DNA of 64,000 nucleotides from Escherichia coli (GTDB lineage Bacteria; Pseudomonadota; Gammaproteobacteria; Enterobacterales; Enterobacteriaceae): NCBI RefSeq assembly GCF_017348835.2, contig NZ_CP071375.1; one strand, 5' to 3'. Shown piece by piece: positions 54,316 to 64,000 of this stretch (position 1 is its first letter; each line of letters starts with the position of its first letter). The notes under the pieces were generated by a model. It saw only the letters and a program-made list of their open reading frames with translations, ran no database searches and was not told where the DNA came from. The position numbers and the translations under genes were made by a program.

Positions 54316-55812
54316 TTACTGTGCAGGTGGAATATCCGTCACTTCAGGATGTACGTCATCCGTGGCGACAGAGGTGGTCGCAGCGGCGGTAGATGGGGCC
54401 ATGATTTGATCCCAGGCCGCCTGCAACGCTTTCATGTTAAATTCCGGCTCGCCTTTCGGCTGCAGCAGTATTAACGCCATATCATTCGACAACTGCTGAC
54501 GCAGATCCTGATTTAACATCTCCACAGTCAGGCTGTTAAGGAAATCCTGCCGCAGTTTCTGATACTGCTCCGGCGCGATATCGACGACCTGATTTTGCAA
54601 CGAACGCATCCGCTGACCCATCAAAATATCGGTATCAGCTCGTGCATAGGCGGCAAACAGTTTCTGCAGCTCCAGTTTCTTTTGCGCCACTAACGCATTG
54701 AACTCTTCTTCCGGCAGACCTTTATCGCGAACCTTCGCCAGTTCACGCGCCACCAGATTAAGGTTGCTGTTCAGCTTGTCGTTTGGTGATTCGATGTTGA
54801 TGGCACACTGCGCACGCAGATACAGCACACGACAGTCAAATCCAAGACCGATGTCTTTGCTGTTACTGGCGCTTAACGCTTGCTGAACATGCCAGAACAG
54901 CGCCTCACGGGCCAGGTCCGCACGCCAGTAGCGCAGCAGTGCGGCTGATTCACGAATCGGCTGCCACGGCGTATCCCACATGATAGATAACCGGTCCTGA
55001 CGCACCGCGTCAGTCATAATACTCACCGCTTCCGCACGCAGCGGAGAAAGCGTCGGCACCGGAGCCGGTGTTTCACGTTTGCCTTTCAGTTCGCCAAACG
55101 TTTTGTTGATTTGGTCGACAACCGAGCGCGCATCCACGTTTCCCACCACCAGCAGCGTCATTGCATCCGGGGTGTACCATTTCTGATAGAAATCTTTAAT
55201 CTTTTCCGCTTCAACGGGTTGTTTCAGCGGATCGGCAGGATCGTGACCTAACAGGGTTGATCCTTTCAGACGATAACGCCACCAGCCCTCTTTAGTATCG
55301 GCAGGCCAGGTTGCCACCATGTCCTGACTTTGCAGCGCGTGGTTGATGGTTTCTGGTGTGATGGTCAGTTTGCCAGTGGCATTTGCCAGATAAGAGAGCG
55401 CTTCTTTCAGCAAGTCGTTACGGTTATTGGGCAAACTCAGATTAAACAGCGTAGTGTCATAAGAAACAATTACCGGCGGCATCGGGCGTTTAGGGTCGAT
55501 CCCCTGCTGCCACAATGAACGCGCCTGTGCTGCGTCAAGGCCACCGCTTTGCGTTAGCGCAATACGAGGGATGGCGTGACTGTAACCGCTCTGTTGTGTA
55601 CTTTCGGCGAGCGAACCGGTATTAACCAGCAGGCGAATTTCAACACGATCGCTGGGACGCTGGGGGGTGGTCAGCACTTGCCACTGTAAACCGTTGGAAA
55701 GCGTCCCCTGTTGCCATGCTGGATCAGGCTGGAGCGCATCTGCCTGCACATAGCCAGCAGTGGCCATCATCAGCAAACCGCCCGCTAAAAGTCGAATTTT
55801 TGTGCCCTGCAT
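54316..55812 (-). CDS. yhjJ: M16-family zinc peptidase-like protein YhjJ
   Basis: 498-aa ORF with signal peptide; synteny between kdgK and dctA. Confidence 0.85.
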   Translation of the reverse strand: MQGTKIRLLAGGLLMMATAGYVQADALQPDPAWQQGTLSNGLQWQVLTTPQRPSDRVEIRLLVNTGSLAESTQQSGYSHAIPRIALTQSGGLDAAQARSLWQQGIDPKRPMPPVIVSYDTTLFNLSLPNNRNDLLKEALSYLANATGKLTITPETINHALQSQDMVATWPADTKEGWWRYRLKGSTLLGHDPADPLKQPVEAEKIKDFYQKWYTPDAMTLLVVGNVDARSVVDQINKTFGELKGKRETPAPVPTLSPLRAEAVSIMTDAVRQDRLSIMWDTPWQPIRESAALLRYWRADLAREALFWHVQQALSASNSKDIGLGFDCRVLYLRAQCAINIESPNDKLNSNLNLVARELAKVRDKGLPEEEFNALVAQKKLELQKLFAAYARADTDILMGQRMRSLQNQVVDIAPEQYQKLRQDFLNSLTVEMLNQDLRQQLSNDMALILLQPKGEPEFNMKALQAAWDQIMAPSTAAATTSVATDDVHPEVTDIPPAQ

Positions 55813-56032
55813 GTGAACCCCTGATCAACTATCCTGGTAATAAAAAAACTGCCCGTTGTCGGTCAGTCTAAATGACGTTAAAAACACTTCGTGTTAGACC
55901 GCAAGAACATGAAAATGTCACGGAAGAAGTGAAATAAACCTGAACTCACCCAGGTGGTAAGTTCAGGCACAGGGGTCAATTATGCGCAAACACCCGCACT
56001 CGGGGAAGGGAGTGCGGGCATAAGTGATGAGA

Positions 56033-57355
<1,323 letters not shown>

Positions 57356-57501
57356 TTATGGGGTACCTGCGGCCTTAAAATAACACCCAGACAACATCAC
57401 AGAAATGTACCTGGATCATAATTGAAACAAAAAGGTTAAAAAGTTTGAGCTGGCTCGCACAAACCAGCACTTTTTAAAGTTTTGTAATCAGTTTGGGGTA
57501 G

Positions 57502-59490
57502 CTACTTTTCTTCCAGGTAACTCTCTTCGAAGATTTCAATAGGGAGTGGGCGAGCAAAAAGGAAGCCCTGGGCAATACCAACGCCCGCTTTTGCCAGCCA
57601 GTCGCGTTGTGCTTCAGTCTCCACGCCTTCGGCAATCATTTGTAAGTTCAGGCTCTGCGCCAGCATGATAATTGCAGCAATCATGCTGCTATCTTCCGGC
57701 AAGCCTTCAACAAACATTTTGTCGATTTTCAGTACGTCGATTGGCAACGATTTCATATGCTGCAGCTGACGCAGCCCTGCGTAGCCCATGCCGAAATCAT
57801 CCAGCGCCACCCGAACTCCGGCATTGCGCAGCGGACGGAGGATTGCCACCGCAGCATGAGGGTCGTCAATACGTCGGCTTTCTGTCACTTCCAGAATCAG
57901 TGTTCCCGGCTGAATGCGATAGCGGGTTAACAGTTCCAGCATATCCGCCACCATATTTGGGTGCATCAGTTGCAGCGCTGAGAGGTTTACCGACAAGGGC
58001 AGCATAATGCCGCGCTCTTGCCAGGCAGCCAACAGTCGACAGGACTCTTCCAGCACCCAGTGACCGACGGTAACCATCAGCCCACAGCACTCAATGCGAT
58101 CAATTAAGCCATCCGGCAGGTCCCAACTGCCATCCGGTTGCTGGATACGCAGTAACACTTCCGCACTGACCAGTTTACCGCTGGTCATCTCGACCTGTGG
58201 CTGTAACCAAATAGCAAACTGATGATTTTCCAGTGCATTAAGGATATCGCTCTCTTCCGTCAACCGCTTCTGGGCGGCTTCCATCTGCTGCGGATCAAAG
58301 AACTGAATCTGATTCTTGCCTTTATGGCGAGCGGTAAATGCCGCAGAAATAGCGCGACTGTAAAGCTGTTCGGCGGTGAGATCGCCGTAGAACATCGCCA
58401 CGCCAATGCTACAGTGCGGACGGAGTTGAATACGTTCAATCGGCAGGCGCTCGCTCATGATAGTGAGCACTTGCTGACCCAAAGTGATTGCGTGCCACGG
58501 TTCCTGTACACCGTTGGCAATGACAGCAAAGTCATAACCGCTAATCTGCGCGAGGATCATACGTGGCGACAGTACCGATTTGAGTTTTTCCACCAGCGTC
58601 AGCAGCAGAATTTCTCGTTGCGCCTCTTTCAGCACACCCGCAGTATCACGCAGGGTTTCACAGGTGATGATCATCAGCGCGGTGGTTTGTTTACGCGCGA
58701 CAACCTGCTCCAGCATCTCCATCAGCAAGGCTTTGTTCGGCAAATCCGACACCGGGAAGCGCATCGCATTTTCGTTCTGTTCTTCATAATGGCGCTGCAG
58801 CAATTGCTGGTTGAGGTTGTAACTGCGCACCAACATACCGATTTCATCGTCCTGATGCAGACGCGGTAATGCCAGTTGGTGACCAACAAGCTCCTGGGCT
58901 GGGATGGCGTTAAGTTCGCGAGCAATATTGCGTAACGGATGCAAAATCAGGCGGTTAATGCACCAGCTAATCGCCACCGTCAATATTAATGACAAAAGTA
59001 AGTAAATGGTCACTAACGTTGAGAGGGTGCTCATCACGAACTTATACATACGGAAGGAATCCGCCTGTAGCACCAGATAGGCAATTGGCTGCGGATTTGC
59101 CGGACGTTCGAGCGAGTAAACGCCCAGCGAGATTTGAACCGGTAGCTCAAACAGGCGAGTAACCATTACCGGCACCGGACGCTCTGGAATAAAACTTTTA
59201 CGCAGCGCCTGGAACTGGTTGGGCAGCACTACATCGGCACGGCTGACCACGCCTGCCGGTTTAATGCTGGCAAGAATAGCTTCCGCTTCGGGAATATCGC
59301 CTTTCAAAATGGCTGAAGATAAGGGTTCGCGGACAGAGCGAGCAATGCTTTCCAGTTGCGTAGCCGTGTTATAGCGATTCTGCTGGACCAGATGGAACAG
59401 CAAAACGGTGCAAAAAATAAAAACGAACACCAGGACAACGGCTGCCACCATTGCCATCTGCTTGATTGTTAACGAGCGACTTACGCGCAA
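57502..59490 (-). CDS. pdeK: c-di-GMP phosphodiesterase PdeK (HAMP-GGDEF-EAL membrane protein)
   Basis: 662-aa ORF with N-terminal TM segments and C-terminal EAL domain; the annotated start may be a downstream ATG. Confidence 0.85.
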   Translation of the reverse strand: MRVSRSLTIKQMAMVAAVVLVFVFIFCTVLLFHLVQQNRYNTATQLESIARSVREPLSSAILKGDIPEAEAILASIKPAGVVSRADVVLPNQFQALRKSFIPERPVPVMVTRLFELPVQISLGVYSLERPANPQPIAYLVLQADSFRMYKFVMSTLSTLVTIYLLLSLILTVAISWCINRLILHPLRNIARELNAIPAQELVGHQLALPRLHQDDEIGMLVRSYNLNQQLLQRHYEEQNENAMRFPVSDLPNKALLMEMLEQVVARKQTTALMIITCETLRDTAGVLKEAQREILLLTLVEKLKSVLSPRMILAQISGYDFAVIANGVQEPWHAITLGQQVLTIMSERLPIERIQLRPHCSIGVAMFYGDLTAEQLYSRAISAAFTARHKGKNQIQFFDPQQMEAAQKRLTEESDILNALENHQFAIWLQPQVEMTSGKLVSAEVLLRIQQPDGSWDLPDGLIDRIECCGLMVTVGHWVLEESCRLLAAWQERGIMLPLSVNLSALQLMHPNMVADMLELLTRYRIQPGTLILEVTESRRIDDPHAAVAILRPLRNAGVRVALDDFGMGYAGLRQLQHMKSLPIDVLKIDKMFVEGLPEDSSMIAAIIMLAQSLNLQMIAEGVETEAQRDWLAKAGVGIAQGFLFARPLPIEIFEESYLEEK

Positions 59491-59571
59491 ATTGTCTCCC
59501 CCCGGAAATCCCAGATTGCCGCCCGAGTATACCCGATCGCAGCGGCATTAAGAGAGGCGCTATCTGAAAAC

Positions 59572-62500
59572 TTACCAGTCGGCGTAAGGTATCAGCGGCT
59601 GCGGCGGTAAATCCATGTCACCCTGCCATCCGGCGGCGGAATAACGTACGTAGAGCAGGAAATGGCTGGGTGCGTAATCTTTCGCCTGCTGGATATCAAT
59701 TGCCGTGCCGACAAACCAGTTGGAAGTAACACGTCGTTCAAGTAATGCCCGCGCCGTATAGCCGAAGCCCTGACTGCTGCCGCCATCGTTGGATTGCCGC
59801 GCAGCTTCTTCCTGCCAGTCAGTCGGGATCAGATTCATCAGCGGATAACGCGGCATGGTTTTGGTGCGTGAATGCGACCACGAGCCAGACGCCCCCAGCT
59901 CCCACGACCAGTTTTCCGTGCGCTCCCGCCACATCACCGGTATGGCAAACGACAGGTATTCCTGCGGACTGTAGTAACCGCCCTGACCGAGTGAGTAGCC
60001 ACTCAGGTCTTTGTCGTAATGCCAGATCATGTTGTTCAGGCCGATTGTGACGCGGCGATTGTTCTGGTTGATGACCTTATAGTAATAGCCCGTCATCCAG
60101 CGCACACGCCAGTTATCTTCGACATTTTTACCGGTTAACTGATCACCGCTAAGCGATGCCCAGACGCCGTTTGCTTCACCTTTATCGTAGCTCAGACTTA
60201 GCCCCACGCCGTCGGCACGCACGCCGCCCCATTTTTTCCCGGTATTGCTCGGGGAGTCTTTTTGCCCACCAAAGGCCAGCAAAGAACTGGAGATGGGCCG
60301 ACGGTGGGCGTTAACGGTGTAACCCAGCGGCCCGATATCATCGCTGTAACTGATGCCGCCGACCACATCCACCACGTTGAAGCCCATCGGCGTGGTGCCG
60401 ATATCCCAGCTCCAGACGTCATTTCGCCAGCCGACCGCCACGCTGGCACCGGAATCCGACTGGCTGCGGTTGCCGCTACAGTCCTGTAATGTACAGGTGC
60501 CCCAGTTATCATCCCATTTACCATCGGCATTAGTGGAGAAACTGCCGACGTTCATATTGACGAAATCACTGCGAAAGAACATCCGCCCGTCAGAATACGG
60601 CGCGTCCACCTGCAACATAGTGGTGTGCGCTTTCAGATCGGAGTAACCACCGGTGCCGCTCGATCCCCAATAATCATGCTCAAGGGTGACGTTAAGATCC
60701 TGCTGGCGATAGAGGTCCGCCGCATCGCTGCGCACGCCGCGTTTCAGCCAGTCATCTTTCTCGTCGTTACGGGTCAGTCGGGTAAAGGTGTCGTTATCCT
60801 GCGGACGCGTCGTAGTCACACCGGATGCGACCATGGCGTCTTTGTAGGTTTCCAGCGCCTGCTTTGGATCGCCCGCCTGCGCTTCAAACTTCGCACCGTC
60901 GCGCAGCACCATCGCGCTTTCCATCGACGGTGGCTGAGATTTTGCCTGCGGGATCAACTTATTAAACGTCTGCTGCGCCGCTGCGGTATCGCCAAGCTGC
61001 GCCTGCGCCAGCGCCACGCGCCGCTGTGTGTTCAGCGAGGCGTTATCGGTAGCGGGCAGTTTCGCCAGCTGGCTACGTGCCGCCGCTGTGTCACCGGCAG
61101 CAATATCCACTTCCGTCAGCCCCAGAATGGCATCGGCGTTAGTTGGCTCCCGCGTCAGGACATTCTGATATGCAGCGCGGGCGGCGGTGTAATCACGTCG
61201 CTGCTGCGCCCAGTCAGCCAGCGTGAGGTCAATACGCGAGGAAGGCGGTTGCTGGCGCAGCATCGCTTCCGCTTCAGCTTCTTTGCCGCTTTCTCGCAGG
61301 CGATTAGCGGTTTCCAGCACCTGATCGCTTTGCAGTCGATTAACCAGCTCCTGAATATTGCTGCTCCACTGCGCACGCGGCAGGCTGTTGATATGCGCCA
61401 GCGCCGCTCTGTCCTGGTCATGACCAGAGAGGTACAGCCCGTAAGCGTAAACCTGCTCCGGGTCGTTCGGCTTCTGCTGCGCCAGATTGCGCATTAACGT
61501 ATCGGCCTGGCTGCGTTGTCCGGCCTGCCAGAGATCCTGCGAAAGTCGGTAAGTAATCCATACGCTGCCGGGGTCCAGCGCCAGTCGTTGCCGCTGAAGT
61601 GCTGCCGCCTGCGCCCATTTGCCCTGGTTTTCCAGTGCCTCTGCCTGCTGTGCCAGACGGTCGTTTTGCAGGCTGCGTTCGATATCATCAATGCTACGTC
61701 GCTGACTGGCAGAGAGCGAGGCGATAAACGCTTCAGCTTTTTCTGGCGATTGCTGGCGGTAAATATTTGCCAGCCCGCGCACGGCGTTAGTGTTGCCGCT
61801 GTCCATACGCAAGGTCTGCTGATAATAACGTTCGGCGGCGGGATAATCTTTTCGCGCCATCGCCACATCGCCCAGCCCCAGCACTGCATAACTGTCGGTG
61901 TTATCGACATTACGCGCCTGCTGGAACAGGCGTTCTGCCCGGTCAGGATTATTGGCTTTCAGCGCAGCATCGCCCTGCTGGATCGCCAGCCAGTAGCGGT
62001 TTACTTTCAGCAGACTGTTCCATTTGTCGTTGTTGCTGCTGTGCGGGTCCAGTGCGAGGGCTTTTTCCAGATTCGCCACTGCATTGGCGCGATCGCCTTT
62101 CTGTGAATATGCCTGGCCCAGCGCCCCCAGAGCCTCACTGTCTTTCGGGTTCGCCCGCACTGCCTGTTGTAGTTCGGGAATGGCTTTACCCGCCATACCA
62201 GAGTCCACCGCCGCTAAACCTTGCGCACGAGCGCGGAAAGCAGGATCGGCCAGCTGTTTTTGCTGTTCTGCCAATTGCGATTGCGCAGCCGCCACGCTAT
62301 CGCCATCACTAAAGATCGAAAGATATTTTTTCAGCGCCGACACACTGGCATCACTGACGGGCATGTCTTTAATCTGCCCGTACCAGATTTTAGAGGCCCC
62401 TTCGCGCCCGGCGTTCGATTTCGCCATCTGTTCCAGGACGGCAAAACCTTCGTCACGGCGATCGCTACTAAACAGCAATAGCGCCAGATTGTTTTGCAGG

Positions 62501-63045
62501 CCCGTATTGCCCGGTGCATCCGCATTGATGCGTTTTAACTGATTAATCGCTTCGCCACGGCGAGCCGGAATTTTCGCCACCGTACTCCAGTACTCGACAG
62601 CAATGTCACCTTCCGGCGGCGCACCGTTGAACAGTTTGTTGTAACTCGCCACAGCTTCTTCCGCATGACCGGTAGTCGCCTGCAATCTTGCCTGTTGCAG
62701 TGCCTGACGACCATCCGGCGTGGAAAGTAGCATCGTAGTCCGCGACGATTTATACGCATTTGAACTCGGCGCTAACTGCGACAGCCGATCGAGCTGTTTT
62801 TGCGCGCCATCAATATCGCCCTGACGTAACAAAGAACGGAAACGGGCGGCAACGACGTCCGGGTTATTCGGATCAATAAGTTCCAGCCGATACAACGACT
62901 GCTGTACCAGGTCTTCACGATGGGTCGCTTCGCCTAACCGAACTTGCTCCAGCAACTGTTGCTGAGCGGTTGGTGCTGCCTCGACCATCGGCATGACGGC
63001 CAGACCGAGGGAAAGCGTGAATATGTTTAGTGTGAATTTGCGCAT
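59572..63045 (-). CDS. bcsC: cellulose synthase outer-membrane/TPR subunit BcsC
   Basis: 1157-aa ORF with signal peptide, long TPR region and C-terminal beta-barrel. Confidence 0.95.
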   Translation of the reverse strand: MRKFTLNIFTLSLGLAVMPMVEAAPTAQQQLLEQVRLGEATHREDLVQQSLYRLELIDPNNPDVVAARFRSLLRQGDIDGAQKQLDRLSQLAPSSNAYKSSRTTMLLSTPDGRQALQQARLQATTGHAEEAVASYNKLFNGAPPEGDIAVEYWSTVAKIPARRGEAINQLKRINADAPGNTGLQNNLALLLFSSDRRDEGFAVLEQMAKSNAGREGASKIWYGQIKDMPVSDASVSALKKYLSIFSDGDSVAAAQSQLAEQQKQLADPAFRARAQGLAAVDSGMAGKAIPELQQAVRANPKDSEALGALGQAYSQKGDRANAVANLEKALALDPHSSNNDKWNSLLKVNRYWLAIQQGDAALKANNPDRAERLFQQARNVDNTDSYAVLGLGDVAMARKDYPAAERYYQQTLRMDSGNTNAVRGLANIYRQQSPEKAEAFIASLSASQRRSIDDIERSLQNDRLAQQAEALENQGKWAQAAALQRQRLALDPGSVWITYRLSQDLWQAGQRSQADTLMRNLAQQKPNDPEQVYAYGLYLSGHDQDRAALAHINSLPRAQWSSNIQELVNRLQSDQVLETANRLRESGKEAEAEAMLRQQPPSSRIDLTLADWAQQRRDYTAARAAYQNVLTREPTNADAILGLTEVDIAAGDTAAARSQLAKLPATDNASLNTQRRVALAQAQLGDTAAAQQTFNKLIPQAKSQPPSMESAMVLRDGAKFEAQAGDPKQALETYKDAMVASGVTTTRPQDNDTFTRLTRNDEKDDWLKRGVRSDAADLYRQQDLNVTLEHDYWGSSGTGGYSDLKAHTTMLQVDAPYSDGRMFFRSDFVNMNVGSFSTNADGKWDDNWGTCTLQDCSGNRSQSDSGASVAVGWRNDVWSWDIGTTPMGFNVVDVVGGISYSDDIGPLGYTVNAHRRPISSSLLAFGGQKDSPSNTGKKWGGVRADGVGLSLSYDKGEANGVWASLSGDQLTGKNVEDNWRVRWMTGYYYKVINQNNRRVTIGLNNMIWHYDKDLSGYSLGQGGYYSPQEYLSFAIPVMWRERTENWSWELGASGSWSHSRTKTMPRYPLMNLIPTDWQEEAARQSNDGGSSQGFGYTARALLERRVTSNWFVGTAIDIQQAKDYAPSHFLLYVRYSAAGWQGDMDLPPQPLIPYADW

Positions 63046-64000
63046 TCCTGGCCCCAGTCAGGTAATAACTCACCTTTTGTCGAGAAGCGGAAACGGTGTT
63101 GATCCCAGCCTTGTCCAAACAGGGTCAGCACATAGTTGTAATAGGCATCGCTGCCGGGAAAGTTATCGGCCACGCGCTGGCGCTGAACGGCCTGCGCATC
63201 GCGGTTTTGTAAAAAGGGCAGCATGGCGGCAGAAAAACCGACTGGTCCTTTACCCTGCGCTTTCCCCGTAGCCACATCCACTTTTTCCGGCGGATAACCG
63301 TTTTTCTCAGTGAATGTCGCCATCGGTTTAAACCGGTTGAGCATCCGCGCTTTCTGCGGATCGCTGTCAGGCATCATGCCTACCCACATATAAACGCGGA
63401 TAGCGTCGTAGCTGCTGATCAATGTTTTTTCGGCTTTTAGCTGCCAGCCTTTGTCTTTCTCATAGCGCACCCAGTCTGGCGAAAAGCCTTTCGGGGCGGT
63501 TTCCAGCAATAAACGTTGATTGGTTTCGCGCAGCGTAGTCCACGGCGCGCCAAAGCGGGTGAAATACTGCGCCAGCGTCGGCGGCAGGTAGCTGGGGTTA
63601 AAACGCCAGCTGTTATCCTCAGCAAAACCCACTTTGCCCGGTAACAACATGGAACCCAGCCCAGGCACCGTCACCACTTCCTCCCGCGCAATACGTTTTA
63701 GCAACGCGCTGCCGATGTCGGTATAACGCTGCTCTTTCCACAAACGCCCCGCCTCCAGCAACGACCAGGCCATCCAGACATCACCATCGGAGGCCGAATT
63801 GCTGTCCAGCACTTCCCACTTACTGTTCTCTTTCTTGCCCCACAGCCAGGCGGGCAAACGTTCTTTTAAAGAACCCTGAGCGAGATTGTTCTGCGTCCAG
63901 TCGAGAATATTATCGAAAGCTGCACGGTCGTTAGCCGCCAGGGCAAAGAACATGCCGTAACTTTGCCCTTCGGAGGTGGTGATTTTGCGCGCGTCGCTGG
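63027..64000 (-). CDS. bcsZ: endoglucanase BcsZ (5'-truncated by window end)
   Basis: Minus-strand frame continues past the ATG at 63953 to the window edge (...[24 protein letters not shown]...); the stop overlaps the bcsC start by 19 nt. Confidence 0.9.
   Translation of the reverse strand, partial: SDARKITTSEGQSYGMFFALAANDRAAFDNILDWTQNNLAQGSLKERLPAWLWGKKENSKWEVLDSNSASDGDVWMAWSLLEAGRLWKEQRYTDIGSALLKRIAREEVVTVPGLGSMLLPGKVGFAEDNSWRFNPSYLPPTLAQYFTRFGAPWTTLRETNQRLLLETAPKGFSPDWVRYEKDKGWQLKAEKTLISSYDAIRVYMWVGMMPDSDPQKARMLNRFKPMATFTEKNGYPPEKVDVATGKAQGKGPVGFSAAMLPFLQNRDAQAVQRQRVADNFPGSDAYYNYVLTLFGQGWDQHRFRFSTKGELLPDWGQECANSH

Noticed and set aside
60625-62542. Several 170-290-aa plus-strand ORFs inside bcsC
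   Set aside because: Antisense to the TPR-rich bcsC gene; Arg-rich low-complexity translations typical of out-of-frame GC-rich sequence.

Overview
This window reads as a 64-kb stretch of Escherichia coli chromosome (K-12-like gene order yhiL-yhiM-yhiN-pitA-uspB-uspA-dtpB-rsmJ-prlC-rlmJ-gor ... gadA-yhjA-treF-yhjBCDE-yhjG-pdeH-kdgK-yhjJ-dctA-pdeK-bcsC-bcsZ), but it is not K-12. All identifications are from reading the translations and from memory of the families; no database search was run. Three things differ from the K-12 layout as I recall it: (1) a ~1.1-kb single-ORF IS element (IS481-family-like DDE transposase) sits between the dinQ and agrA promoters; (2) arsR and most of arsB appear deleted, leaving an ars promoter/operator remnant and the last ~16 codons of arsB directly upstream of an intact arsC; (3) the ~9-kb chu haem-uptake island (chuS-chuA / chuTWXYUV) lies between dctR and yhiD, splitting the acid fitness island (slp-dctR ... 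yhiD-hdeBA-hdeD-gadE-mdtEF-gadW-gadY-gadX-gadA), as known in pathogenic lineages. Two AT-rich genes of unknown function are the only candidates for anything undescribed: a 5'-located minus-strand ORF running off the window start (yhiL-like, with an in-frame 18-bp tandem duplication) and a 371-aa yhiS-like protein with a clear pentapeptide-repeat tract. I see no CRISPR array, tRNA or rRNA gene, prophage, or recognisable defence operon, and I cannot support the claim of a novel multi-gene system here. The many antisense ORFs in the six-frame track inside GC-rich genes are treated as spurious.
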